Below are positions 12,417-25,469 of a DNA stretch of 64,000 nt, one piece after another. Numbering within the stretch: position 1 is the first letter of the stretch; each line of letters opens with the position of its first letter. A program made the position numbers and the translations under genes. The stretch spans positions 31,825,967 to 31,889,966 of the forward strand of contig CM120640.1 in assembly GCA_051362555.1 (NCBI GenBank), read 5' to 3'. Source of the stretch: Lingula anatina (lineage: Eukaryota; Animalia; Brachiopoda). The notes under the pieces are model-generated. The model was not told the DNA's origin. It ran no database searches and saw only the letters and a program-made list of their open reading frames with translations.

Positions 12417-15130
12417 GGGAAGACCGGGCCTAAACGCCCCCCATAAGCAGGAACGTGTCAGTTTTCCCTGCTGAAGGTATAGACTGTTCAAAGTGAGCGT
12501 TAACTATAAAGGCCTACCTAGACTACAAACTGATACTAACGCTTTTGAAACAAATAGCACAGAAACATAATACATGTAGGTAAAAAAAGGTTGAAGTATA
12601 AATTCGGCATTTTTGCCCCATTGGTGGGGCAATACGCCTAGCACCAGGGGGCTAAACGCCTACCGTGGACGTCTTGCCCCAAACTACATGTATAGGTGTT
12701 ATGTCCTGCCTTTGTACATAGCAAAATAAAGTCAAATTATATTTCAAAGGTGAAATTAGTAAGCCCCTAAGAGACATAGTAATCGTTGGGGTACTGTTTT
12801 TAACTGAGACAGAAAAAAGCATCAAATTTAGTCAGAATAAACAGTTTTACTTATTATCGGACAGTATCATTATATATCAAAACTAACAGCACAATTGCAT
12901 TTATAGCGTTAAAGTATTCTTACGATCATTTATTGGTTATTCCATTCAATAATCTGAGGAGATAGTAAAAAGTCAAAATTGGTTATTTAACAGTTATTTT
13001 ATCATTAAACAGCATTACTCTAACTCAAAACCAACAGTACTACTGTATCTATAACTTTCAACTAGTCTCATCCCGTTTCCCTCACATTTCCTATTTCTCT
13101 ACTCTGAAAAGACAGGAAAATGTCAAACGTTAGCCGAATAAGCAGGTAAATATATTATCAAACAGTAGAATTGTTCCTCAAAACTAACTTCGGCTACTCT
13201 TTGTAATATTGTTATCTTAATAAAAAAAATATCAATTTTATGCAAAGTCATCTGATTTCATTTGGACAGATAAATGTGGTCCTTTAGTGCATTCTTCATG
13301 GGCCCAAAGAAGACACGACAGACACTGAACGCAGCCATCCCGCGTTCTTGTGTCGAGTATAAGGTTCGCAGCAGATGAGACACGCCAATTCCTAATCGTC
13401 GCTCGTTCTTTCTTCAGCTGTTTGCTTTCCTCTCTTTCTGTGCTGTTTTGATTGCATTTTAGAGGCATTGTTCTCATCTTTTTACCTAAGAGAGCAGCCT
13501 TGTACGGCGATGAGGTTGGCCTTGCGGCAGTTTCTGTTTTTCGCGTTCTGGCCCGCTTTGCTTGCAGCTTAAAAAGAGGGGATAAGTCGTAAATAATTTC
13601 TTGGACGGATTCTGAATTCTGGTTGTCTTGAAGTGGAAATGAAATGGGTGTGTCTGAGACAGGGATATCGCCTCCATCTGTCTCCGTCCATCTGCTGAGC
13701 TCTTCCCCAGATTTTCTAATACTGGACTCTTTAAGATTCCATCATTTTTCCGTTAAGCTGCTTGTGACTTTGGGTTCACTGCTTTGACCAAACTTCGAAA
13801 TAGACATCGCCCATCATTACATGCCTGGACGATATAAGTGTTGGACAGGGCCTCCGGCCTCCTGGTGTTGGTCGATGAGGAAAATGGCAATTGATTAACA
13901 GGTATTGAATTTTTAACAGCTGGTAGGCAGCAAGAAGGGTGTTGTCATCATCCGCATAGGTAGCTGTAATTTCTGCTGGTAGTTGCTCAGTAGTCTGTGC
14001 GGCGTCCGGCTCGTCTGTGATCAGCGCCCCATATATACATTGTCTGCAAAGACATCAGGATCAATGACCAGAAACCACATATTTTGAAACCATGAACGGC
14101 TCTTTCGAGCTTTTCGACCATTCTTTTTCTTGGAAAAATATACATTTGTGGCAAAAAGTGTCCTGTTGCGCTGAAGGCACAGATCAGGGTAACCAAAACT
14201 CCCCGCTCAGCACTCGAAACTTTACTGACTTGTCGCATTCCCCTTGCCGCCATAATCTTACTAGCCTTTTGGACAGTATAAGTCCAGTCTCGTCCATATT
14301 CCAAATATTGGAACGCGTACAGCGCGTAGTGATGGGCGCCGAGACATGCTATATACATGCCAAAGAATTTGGTCACTTGAGGCTTACAGCACGCGCGATG
14401 CTGGTTGACTGAGGCTGACGAATTCTAAGACCGTGATGCAAGAGAAACCCTTGCACCCATTCCTGCCCTGTCATCCGTAGCTCTCTGTTGAACGGATGGG
14501 CGACCTGTGCCTTTACTGCTACATCAAAAGCAAGGCGCTGTGTATCTCGGATCTTTAACCCCCTTAGAGCCGTCTGTCCATTTCAAGGGATTTCATGGGA
14601 TTCAGCTCTATTGTTGGCGACAGGGCGCTGCGATACCTTCAATCATTAGGGCCACCTGGTACAGCCACTTGCTGGTCCCTATGGCCTCTGAGGGTGTGCC
14701 GATACACCTACCTCTTGGCTGGCACAGACAAGAGGCACACCTGCAGACAAAACCTAAAGTGCTGCTGCCAGGTTTTCCAGACCATATTTGCCTTTGTCAG
14801 GCTTTTTCTTATACGTTCTCACCATTGTATCTGTAAAATTTAGGGGGAAACTATTTATTTTTCAGAAGTCTATAAAGAAATATAAGCATTTTCCCAGAAA
14901 TTTTAATATTAAAGTAAAGAGATACATGTATTAGCACGAAACTAACAAATTATGGCTCTTCCGCACGGAAGTGTGATAACTGAGAATAAACATTTTTACA
15001 GACATTCATGGACGGGAACTGTTGCTATTGAAAAAAAGATATGGGGCAAAATGCCCAGTGATCGGGGCAAAACGCCTATGGTGGGCATTTTGCCCCATGT
15101 CCGCCTGGGCATTTTGCCCCAAGGTGACAC
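12417..15130 (-). mobile_element. Degenerate pogo/Tigger-like DNA transposon (HTH_psq-DDE_1-PHD transposase pseudogene)
   Basis: Minus strand from 14825: MVRTYKKK..., then NMDETG..QKASKIMAARGMRQVSKVSSAERGVLVTLICAFSATGHFLPQMYIFPRKRM, and a C-terminal VQCLSCLLWAHEEC, with stops and frameshifts. Subterminal gggc(a/t)aaacgcc / ggcattttgcccc repeats occur at both ends. Confidence 0.8.
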
Positions 15131-15138
15131 TGTGTATA

Positions 15139-18094
15139 CATTGGTCAAAAAGGTTGTCCCACCCCCATTTCCATGTACTTTTATTTACAAATGATCACCT
15201 TACAGGTGTATATTGTTATAAACGGTGCTTTTTATTCTAGATACCATGTCTAACATGATTAATGGTTCAAAAAATACAAAATAGTCGTGCGAATATGCAC
15301 ATTTTATACCATTTAGTCAGATTTATAACAGGTACCCCCTCAAATCCAATGTTTAACTGTGATTTCCACAGATGTAAAAAAAGTGTCTATAAAATTAAAA
15401 TATGGATATGCTCGTTAAAGGTCACGTGCCTAACAGTGTGTGCGTCTACCGCGTACTGCAATTATCTCCTGTAGATGGCGCGACAAGCCTTCAACAACGG
15501 TAATAATGTTTTGTGGGATAATGCCCCATCCATCTTAAAGAGCGTGGCGGAATTGGTCCAGATGATTTTGGAATATGTTCTCCTCTGCAATCGACTTCCA
15601 ATTAATGCCACAGGCGCTCAGTAGGATTAATATCAGGGCTCAAAAACGGTTGTCCCATCCGTATAGCCCAGCAAATCACTTGCCAGACGAGAGCTGTAAG
15701 TAAATGCGTTGTCACAATGAAGCCGGTAGCATCCCTGAAGTCACCCCTTGCAAATGGAGTGAGCTATCTGTTGAGAATGTTACCGTAAAATGCCCCAATT
15801 ACGTTTTGTTCCAGCAGGAACAATGTACTAATACCACGGGCTTGGAATGTTCTCCAGATGCCGACTGATCTAACACCTCAGGCGATATTATCCTGCACAT
15901 ACCCTTCCAAGAGGCATTTTTCAACATGCCCACGGACCCAAATTTGACCATCGATGGGATACAAGAGATAATTTGATTCTGCAGCAAAAGTGACTTCCTT
16001 CCAGTGATGGATGGCCAGGTTCAGGTCCCTGTGGGAACGTAGCATTCTCAGCTGATATCTCACTCCATCTTCAAGAACTGACTTTGGGTGAACTCCAGGC
16101 TTCATCATAACAGCACACTTGCTCACACTTCTCGCCTGGCAAGTGATTTGTTGTAGAAACACAATGTTCTAAGAATGGGACCACCATCTTTGAGCCCTGA
16201 TATTAACCTTACTAATCACCTGTGACATGAATTGGAGTGTGCAATGAAGAGGAGAACCAACCCCCCAAAAAAACGTGGACCAACTCCCCCAAGCTGTTTA
16301 GGAAGAATGGGATAATATCCCGCGAAACATAATTTTTACCCTTTTGAAGGCTTGTCGCGCCATCTACAGGAGATAATTGCAGTACGCCGCAGACGCAGAC
16401 GCTATATTAGGCACGTGACCTTTAACGAGCACATCCTAATGCTAATTGTGTGCTAATTGTGTGCTAATTTGGTGACATTTGATGCACGAAAACGAAGTAG
16501 ATACTCCAGCGCAGTAGACTACTGCAATCATACTGCAAACATGCTTCAAATCTGCTTCGGTGTGGGAGCTAATTAGCATATTTGAAACATGCTTCTATCA
16601 TGCTGCTAATCTACTGCATTAATGCTCCTCCTCTGTACAACCCTATGTAATTTTTGAAGTAGAATTGCAGTAGGCTATACTGCATTTCTACTGCAAATAT
16701 GCTCCACACCACTACTGCGTTAATGCTTCTTTGCTACTTCGATACTACTGCATTTTTGTGCGCGCGTCTTTTCAATTTAATAGAAATTTCTTTACATCTG
16801 TAGAAATCACAGTGAAACATTGGATTTGAGGGGGTAACTTTTATAAATTTGACGAAATGGTATAAAATGTGTATATTTTTACCACTATTTTGTATTTTTT
16901 GAACCATTTTTGAACCATTGTTAGACATGATATGTGAAATAAAAAAGCACTAGTTATAACAATTTAAAACACCTGTGAGCACCCTGAGCTTCAGAGCTAA
17001 CTTGACACTAACCTCTTCACTGTAGCCTATCTTCATCGTGTCAAGTAACCTCTGACCAGATTCGATTGCCTCCGCCGCCCGCCAATCAAATTTAAAAGCC
17101 CGCACTCAATGACTCATTAAACGATCTAGCCAATGAACGCGAACGAGTCAAAGCGCGCTTTGTTCAAATCCGGACCAATCAAAGATAAGGCTGAATATCA
17201 GGGACTTGCCGTAACCTGTGGGCAGCACGCAAATTACATCGTCTCTCAGTAGATAATGATGCAGGGCCTCAAACTGCTAGACCCTATGGTTTCAATTCCG
17301 ATTTACTCATATTTTGCAAAGAATCAAGAGATAACTTAACACATTCTTTTTCGTAGTCACTCGCCTTGCTTTCTTTGCAATCGGCAATCCTCGGCCAATT
17401 CCGCAAGCTCCATACTAACCTCGGATGTGATAGGCGGAGAAATATGCACCAAATCCATGCATTTTGTCCGCCGGAAATGCCTTCTCACTCAATCAATTAT
17501 TTTGCTCATAAAGATGTCTGTCAATACCCCTGATTTTTATGATGCTTTACAGTTTGCCAAACAATGCACTAAGATTGACTTTGATTTAAAGGATAAACAG
17601 ATACAGACGTTGAAAGAATTGTGGTCTAAATTAGCGCGAGGTTGAAAGTAGTTCCTTCCCAACAAATCAACAATCAATATGGATGCCTCCGTATCACGTC
17701 CGAGGTCATTGTCGAGTGCGGAGACATCCGAGTAGTTCCGAGTGCATTCTTTGTGTACGGTAATACACTCGGAACTACTCGGATGTCTCCGCACTCGACA
17801 ATAACTATGTTGTTAGTATGGAGCTTGCGGAATCAGCCGAGGATTGCCGATTGACGGTCAACCAATCAGCGTTTTCACCAAACTTTGGTGAAAAATTTTG
17901 AAACATGGATTTGATTGGCTTATATAAACTAGGTCAAACTATTTTCGTCAGAGGTTACTTGACACGATGGAGATAGGCTACAGTGAAAAGGTTAGTGTCA
18001 AGTTAGCTCTGAAGCTCAGGGTGCCTGTGAGCTGATCATTTGTAAATAAAAGTACATGGAAATGGGGGTGGGACAACCTTTTTGACCGATGTTG
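15139..18094. mobile_element. Foldback-rearranged Tc1/mariner element with nested insertions
   Basis: Long inverted arms: cattggtcaaaaaggttgtcccacccccatttcc at 15139 versus its reverse complement ending at 18094+TA. Tc1 transposase remnants on the minus strand (WKEVTFAAESNYLLYPIDGQIWVR...GVRSVGIWRTF), and the transposase C-terminal part is present in both arms. Confidence 0.75.
16980..18023. mobile_element. Non-autonomous TIR element with ~77-bp TIRs and 8(-9)-bp TSD, possibly AcademH- or P-like
   Basis: TIR caccctgagcttcagagctaacttgacactaacc... at both ends. TSD CCTGTGAG at 16972-16979 and 18024-18031. An internal second inverted repeat (~17378-17420 / 17813-17853) flanks a RecQ Q-motif-like fragment, FDLKDKQIQTLKELW. 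Confidence 0.75.
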
Positions 18095-18440
18095 TATATT
18101 TGTAAAATTCGGCGGGAAAGGTGTAACATAATCTAACTCGATCGACATTTGTGTCGAGATCTAATATTGTCTTATCTGTCACCAACAATGGTTTTAAAAT
18201 TCGTGCATTTGGTAGATGGTGTCACTGATGTAAGGACAAAATCTAAATAACTGTAAACAGTGCAATTTATATGAGCATGATGATATCTGATATAGAATAA
18301 ATCCTCGTAATTTCAAAAAGGTTTTGAGGCAAAGACGTTAATAAAAAGTAAAGGCTAAGAATGTAAGGTTATATTTTATAGCATTCATTGTGATTGTTGT
18401 TTTACGCATTTTTTTCATCGTTCCACTTCCAGGCAAAGAG

Positions 18441-21400
18441 ATGAGCGTTATAACTGTCAAATATCAAGATTTAACCAGGAAAGGCCAGACAGTGCCCCTG
18501 CGATTGTCTGACAGAGCTACGGTCGGTCAGGTCAAGATTAAAATCGAAGACGAAACTGGCATTCCCAAAGGACAACAGGCATTATTTCACGGAGTAAAAG
18601 TAAATATGTCTGATATTAGTACTTGAAAGAAATACAACATTGGTCAAAATGGTTCTCCCACCCCCTATATCATGTGCATTTATTTATACGTCACGGCCGG
18701 GCAGTTGCCAACGTGTAGAGGTTACTTTCTATAATGCATCACTCTGTTCTAGAATTCCAGAGCTCCCTTCTACATGTAACTTTGTGGAAATGATATTGTA
18801 ACAATATTTTCTTACATTCGTTTATTTACAGTTTACTGAAAAGAGCGGATTACAGTATGCTGTATTTATTTATTTATTTATTTAAATAATTTCACTCAAT
18901 TTACAATCTAGGTTCTAAGAGACGAAGACACACTGTGCGACTTGAGCATTCTAGACAACGCAACATTGAAACTGCTTCCGCGAGAAAGTATCAAAGTCAA
19001 CGTCCAAACCAAACAAGGGCGGACTGCATCCTTCCGGGTGAGATTGTCTGACACTGTGTCTTCCGTGAAAATGAGAATACAGCAGGAAGCAAATGTATTT
19101 CTCGGAGACCGGCATCTCTCGTATGCAGGAAGGAAGATGGTTGACGATCTCGCCCTGTCTGCTTATGGACTCAAAAGTGGCTCAATCCTGACGTTTGATG
19201 AAGAAAAAACAGAATGTTATTTAGAATTAGGTATGATTTTCGACTGTACGAAGCAAAGATCTTCTTTTTTTAATTTCGCTTCACCAAGCTTTGGTCTTTT
19301 CGTTTATAATTTTTAGTTGCTTTTAAATACCTTATGATTTTATTTATGACTCGTTGTAAAACTTCAACCATTGGGTTGCGCTTTTAGCAAATAAATTATT
19401 ATTATTATATAAATATATTAAAATGGTATTCGATTAACTCAAGATTAATAAAAACTCTTAAATAACAGAAAACTCATTATTTAAAATATATAAATAGCTT
19501 CGCAAAGTTCAATTTTGGTGGTCACACTAACTTTTTTCTCATCATCAGCTAACGGAGACCCAGGCGAGGACAGTTGTATTTTAGATTCATCCTCAGTGGA
19601 TTCAGACAGACAATACAGTGAGACAGGTAACAGAATCTTCGGCATCCTAGAGTGTTCTTCTTCGATCATTAATATTTGTTATAGAAATAATTAGATCAGT
19701 CCTAGAATATGCATGCCCTGTGTGGGGGCCTGGTCTTAGCGCCGAACAATGTAAATGCTTAGAATCTGTTCAAAGGGGAGCTCTTAGAATTATTTACCCA
19801 TTTTATACTTACAAGGATGCCCTACAGGCTAGTAATTTCACCTCTCTGAGGGAGAGAAGAGACGTTTTATTCAAGAACTTTTTTACAAAAATCAAGAATT
19901 TTGATAAGTTACACCATCTGTTTAAAGAAAAGAACCCAAGAAATCTCAGGGTCAGCAACAAATTTTTAATGCCAAAAGTTAAAACAGAGCGTTTAAAATC
20001 ATCTTTTATAATGCACAGTCTTTTAAATTTCATGTAAAATACTGCTCCAAACTGTCTTATAAGTCTTGTTTTAAAACTTTGGTCTTTTCGTTTATAATTT
20101 TTAGTTGCTTTTAAATACCTTATGATTTTATTTATGACTCGTTGTAAAACTTCAACCATTGGGTTGCACTTTTAGCAAATAAATTATTATTATTATTATT
20201 ATAATTAAATATATACGAATATTCCTGTCGTGATTTGAAAACCTTCTTATATAATATGGATGTTCTTTACGCGGACAGTGTTGATGAAAATTTTGGTTGT
20301 ACGTAAATTTATTTTGCTTATTAAAGGTTTTGAAATAAAGTAATCATCCTATTCAATTTCTAGTGACCCAGTTACAAAATGATCTCCAGCTAGTGCAAGA
20401 CGAACTCCAGGCTGTTCAAAGCCAGTACCATGCCCTGAACGACAAAGTGTGCGAGCAAGGATCATATGTGAATGGTGCAGTGGCAGAACTGCGGCAGTCC
20501 GCCTCGTCTCAGTTTCAGAGCGTGCTGGATGATGTGCAGGATGTGAATGGCAACCAGGAGACCCTCAAGCTAGAATGCCTGTATCTACGAGAGAAGATTA
20601 AGGAGCATGACATAAACGTAGCCTCTGCGACAAAAGAAATCCAAAACGCCAAGGATAAAGCAAAACGAGCGCATAAACACATCAGGGAGAAAAATGCTGA
20701 GATCAAGAACGAATTTGAACAGAAAACCGCTTGCATCGAGAGGAATTTGAGTGAATCGTCGGGTCAAGTAGAAGAGGTGACGGCGCGTCTGGTTCAAGTG
20801 GAGGAAAACTTGTCGCATGTTAAAGAAGTACAAGAAGTCGAGATGGAGGAGAGGCTTAAACTGCAAAAAGAACTTGAGGAATCGGAGAGTATCAGAAAGC
20901 AATTTATGCAGTCGTTTAAAGGTCACCAGACATTGGTGGACTGGGTAGATAGTAAACTGAGGGGCATTTCCGAAATGTCCGATAAGAATTTGAAAGTTGA
21001 AATTAAATCAATGCGCCAAGACTTCACAAAGAAAACGTCCGAACTCGACCATACTGACGACGCCTTGGCGGAATCTCTGGTAAGACATAAACTGGAGTCG
21101 CAAGAAGGGGTTGATTTCGCGGATTGCTTTCAGTTGAAATACTGCAAAGATCTGAAAATGCTGTTTTTCAGAATTTGGTATACAACTACGTGTGTCACCG
21201 ACGAAAGAAACAAGAAATTTAAGTCCCTGTTTTTGGCAAAATGTATCAATCCTATCTTCCTGGAATACGCGAGCCTACTCAAGGAATATACGCAACACGT
21301 TGTACAAAATACCTTCGAAGCAACAGTTGATCAGAAACAAGATTGTGTGAACTGTAATGATTTGAAAGTATTGTTGACATCACTTCAGAACATCTCTGAA

Positions 21401-22102
21401 GGCAAAGTCGTTGATAATAAAGTTGATGCGCATCTTGCTGTATGTCGTCTGCGCAAGACACTAGGAAGAAAACCAAAGCTTGGACAAAAGAATGGAAATG
21501 ACATCAAAACACGGGAAGATTTATGCAAACGTCTCGAAGCCATTTTGACGGACGTTTGTCCATTGGAAGAGGAAGAGTACTACACATTTCATCAACAGGG
21601 GGGAACCAAAAACGTCCGTCCATATGAAGAAAGTAAACCGACCATGTCATGCTATGTTCATGCCCTTCTACATAAAGTCCTCGCGCGAACCGATGCTCTA
21701 CCTTTGGACGTGAAAGCCCCCATGGAGCTGGAGGTGGACGTCTCTGGGAGAGTTCGGGAGGGGACGGAAGAACACGAGAGAATTTTCACTTGTGGAGAAT
21801 TCAAGGCGAGGATCAAAGGAAATGGAGCCAAGGCAAAAGAACAGACAACGAACTATGTGAAGATCGTAGCTTTTATTTGTAATTGTCTGAAGCTTCGCTT
21901 GGTGAAAGCCAAGTGTATGTTATATTATTTGTTTGGGAGAGAGGCCGTTACTGAAAAGCCTGTTCATGAACAATTATTGTATACTTTCGACCAGAAAAGT
22001 CGGCAAATTTGTTTTGTAGATGAGAGTGAGAACCATGAACGTGGGGATGCAGTTGAGAAGCACGCTATTCGTGTGGTGTATGAAAAAATGAAAATGGAGT
22101 AA
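18441..22102 (+). CDS. Di-ubiquitin-like + coiled-coil + putative PD-(D/E)xK nuclease protein, copy 2 (764 aa, spliced)
   Basis: Exons 18441-18599, 18912-19230, 19549-19626 and 20364-22102, the same lengths as copy 1, with GT-AG introns and an open frame. Nuclease-like motif at 21725-21856. Confidence 0.85.
19289..19408 (+). mobile_element. 3'-end fragment of a CR1/L2-group LINE in an intron of copy 2
   Basis: Near-identical to 20077-20201, ends in aataaattattattattat, and is absent from the paralogous intron of copy 1. Confidence 0.7.
19692..20201 (+). mobile_element. 5'-truncated CR1/L2-group non-LTR retrotransposon (ORF2 C-terminus + 3'UTR + (ATT)n tail)
   Basis: Reads RSVLEYACPVWGPGLS....LESVQRGALRII...SLRERR...KTERLKSSF, the typical post-RT region. 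Absent from copy 1. Confidence 0.8.
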
Positions 22103-22704
22103 CTTCTTGACCTGTGGCCTGTTGCTGGTTTTGCGTGGTTTCCTTAATGTAGGGCATTTTAGTAAACCGGTAACAACTGCGAAATGTTTGCTATGTGTGT
22201 GTGTTTTTCAGATATTCTAAAGCTAATTCTTGTTCACATCAAGCGCTTCTCATTATGAAACAAAATTTTTTATTTCTTTAATTAAAGTCTTTAATTTTTC
22301 TATGGAATATGTTTTTGTCATTTTCACATATTTGAATATCATTTTTGTAAAAGAACAATGTGAAAACATTCATGTTAATAAGTTATTTGGGTTATTGTTA
22401 GATTTTACATTTATACATATTTGCCAATTCATGTTTTTGAGTGTATCACTAAACTTGAAATAATCTTTTTCTATAAGTACGTACTCCATTTCTCAGAGAT
22501 TTTCATATAAAATAAAGGATTATTGACATGACTGTTGACACAAATTATTCTGTAAGCTGTTTTTACAGTCTGACACGCATTTATTTTTGGACGTAAAATT
22601 ATAACGAAAATGTCTCTGTTATCTTTAAGAAATCATGAAGTTAAACCGTCCTGGATAATTGAAATTGTCAGGTCAGAAAACTTGAAAACAGTTGCGGCTG
22701 CCAA

Positions 22705-22743
22705 TTCCCGCCAAAATAAAAATGACAAAACACGGGGAATTCC
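22705..22743 (+). promoter_or_regulatory. E2F-like and kappaB sites upstream of copy 3
   Basis: TTCCCGCCAAA, then GGGGAATTCC at 22734-22743. Paralogous donor AG|GTAAAC at 22975. Confidence 0.55.
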
Positions 22744-23761
22744 TTTATCGAATTCTCGAATAAAAGGAACCTTGACACAAAGGAGCAAATAAAAAACCAA
22801 GTCGTTGCACCAGACTTACTGCGTAGAGATACTTCAGCCACCCTGTGTCATCAAAGGGCCCTCTAAGCAAGACACAGAAGACCTGTCTGTAGTGTCTACA
22901 TTGCAGCGATTTATTTGTAGAAGATTGAAGAAGTTTTGAAGAAGATTTTAGAAGACTGGGCCAATCTTTTCACAGGTAAACAAAAAAACTAGGACTTGGT
23001 TCAACGTGTGTTCGCACTATTCTTTATACAAATGGCGGCCTAGGTTTAGGTGTGGTTGGTGTAGTCAGAGTACACGCAATAAGACATTTATAAATGTAAT
23101 ATATTGAAGGCAATGTATGGCTGAAAAGTGAGACATTCTGTCACCAGTACACCTGGGTCCATGTGTTGTTCTGTTCGAGTGTGCAGAACCACACCACCAC
23201 CTTTGACCTCATTAAGGATATAGGAAACCCTTTATTATCATCAAAGTACATATAATAAGGTTTTTCTGCCTATCATTGTTTAATTTTCTATTTACAATTC
23301 GGCTGACTAAAAAGCAATAAAAATCCCCTTGAAAATAAAAGATTTAGGCGTTTATATCCACCATTGCTAACCACAACAAATACTTCCAGTTGACTCCGCC
23401 CTAGTTGCTTTGGGATGGGCGCAGCTACTTTGGTGTCACGTGATACGCAGACACCTGAAAGATGCAGTCACGAGCGATGCCTTTCATAAGGGTGTAAGCA
23501 GTGAACCAAAAAAATGAAAATCTCACATAACATACATAGGGCCTATACCTGAAGTCGACGAGAAAAAAAGTTGGACATATGGTTCACTATTGTTTATTCT
23601 TCAGTCTTATTAATATTAGTACCTTTGTGGCGCAATGAGGTTTCCTCAACATCCCTGGGTAGCAGAATTTTTGTAGTTTATTATTGAAAATAAAAACGAC
23701 AAAAATACAGCTATTATTATCCTCTACAAAATGAGTAAAGTAAACCAGTCGACATTGTCTG

Positions 23762-23795
<34 letters not shown>

Positions 23796-24179
23796 ATAAC
23801 GCAATTTTGAAAGATTACTAGCGATAGTGTGCTAATGCATCCCAGAATAGATTTAAAAGTATGGAGGCACTGCTACAGACAACATACATGCATATCTTAT
23901 GGTTTGATTCATTTGTTATTTGATGATATTTATTCGGCTTCTGCACAAAAAAATAATGGGAAGCACTTGCACTTATTGACAAAGGGCAAATCCAGCTGAA
24001 TCTCTACCCAGGTGTAGAAAAATGTTCGTTGATTATAACCTCTCTTTCACAGGTCTCTTTGGATATGTATGATAAAATCGTGCAATACTGTCCTGGAGGT
24101 AAAAGTTTGCATGTTTTTGACACCCCGTTTGTTAGAAATACTGTAAGAGGAAAACTTTCCGTGTGTCAGAATACCCAGC

Positions 24180-25085
24180 CTGTCATGAGAAAAAGATGTG
24201 AAACCTAATTTTACATATCATATATCCCACCCATTCCATCATTTTATTAGTTGGACATGGTGTTGTACTAATCTCCAGGTCGTGTACCTTTTGGATAGGT
24301 CTGCTAATAATACCCTTGGCAGTCTCTATTTCCAGTGCTCTCACTTGTCCATCTTTCCCAGGGAATAATCTGGTAACTAAACCTAAAGGCCACTGTAAAC
24401 GAGGACTAACATCACCCATTAAAACCAATGAATCTACATCAACACCGCCTTTGCAAGAAGATTCCCTATATACTTAGCAGACCACTGATTCCAAAAGTCT
24501 GCCCACTAAAAATGTGATGGGGTTAAAGGTCTACTCTCCTCCAATACATCACTAACAAAGGTGAGGGGTCTGGAGTTAATACATGCCTCCACTTGTAAGA
24601 GAATTGTTTTTAATTCACTGTGAGTCACTGACTTTCTCCCAATTTCCTTACTAAGGCAGATTCGACTGATTAAATCAATCGCTTCCACCAACCTTCCCAC
24701 CATGGGACTCAAAGAACAATAAACCTCCACTCAGGATTTTCAGACACATAATACTTCACCAGTAGATTCTTAGCAGCTACAAAGCCACGGGCATTATCTG
24801 ACATGATTTTCAGTTTGACTGCTACACTGTTTTGTCTTAGTAGTATGAGTTTTACCCTTTGTAGAAGCTACGTGATTGGTCATATTTTAACACAAGTTGT
24901 ATCACTCTGGGTTGTATCTTGGGAAACAGAACCAATATGGTTTGCCTCATGAGAAACACTACTTTCATCACATACTCTTCCACTATCAGAGGCTTGAAAA
25001 AAATCTCTAGACATAGAATGTTTGTACAGTAACTTCAAATGTGGACCTTCACATTTCTGACACTTAATATCAGACCTACCTATGG
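24180..25085 (-). mobile_element. Bel/Pao LTR retrotransposon remnants (integrase C-terminus, gag zinc knuckle)
   Basis: VEACINSRPLTFVSD....PLTPSHF, WPLGLVTRLFPGKDGQVRALEIETAKGIISRPIQK and KCQKCEGPHLKLL. Confidence 0.8.
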
Positions 25086-25469
25086 TGGACGTTTTGCCCA
25101 AGCGTTTTGCCCTGTGTCCGCCTGGGCATTTTGGCACGAAAGGTGTATCATAATCAGACACCATCGACCCTTGTGTCGAGTTCTAATATCGTCCTACCTG
25201 TCACCAACAAAGTTAAAATTCGTGCATTTGGTACGTGTCACTGATGTTAGGACAAAGTATGAATAACTGTAAACAGTGCAATTTATATGAACATGTTTTT
25301 GATAAGATTAAGATGTCATCTGATATAGAATAAATCCTCGTAATTTCAGAAGGATTTTGAGGCAAATAACGTTAATAAAAAGTAAAGACTCGGAAATATA
25401 AAGTTATAGTTTATAGCATTCATTGAGATTGTTGTTTTACGCATTTTCTTCATCGTTCCAGGCTAAGAG

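Noticed and set aside
23212-23660. Possible Kolobok-like MITE (ttaa-ggatataggaaacc ... ggtttcctcaacatcc)
   Set aside because: The TIR match is short and no right-hand TTAA TSD is visible.
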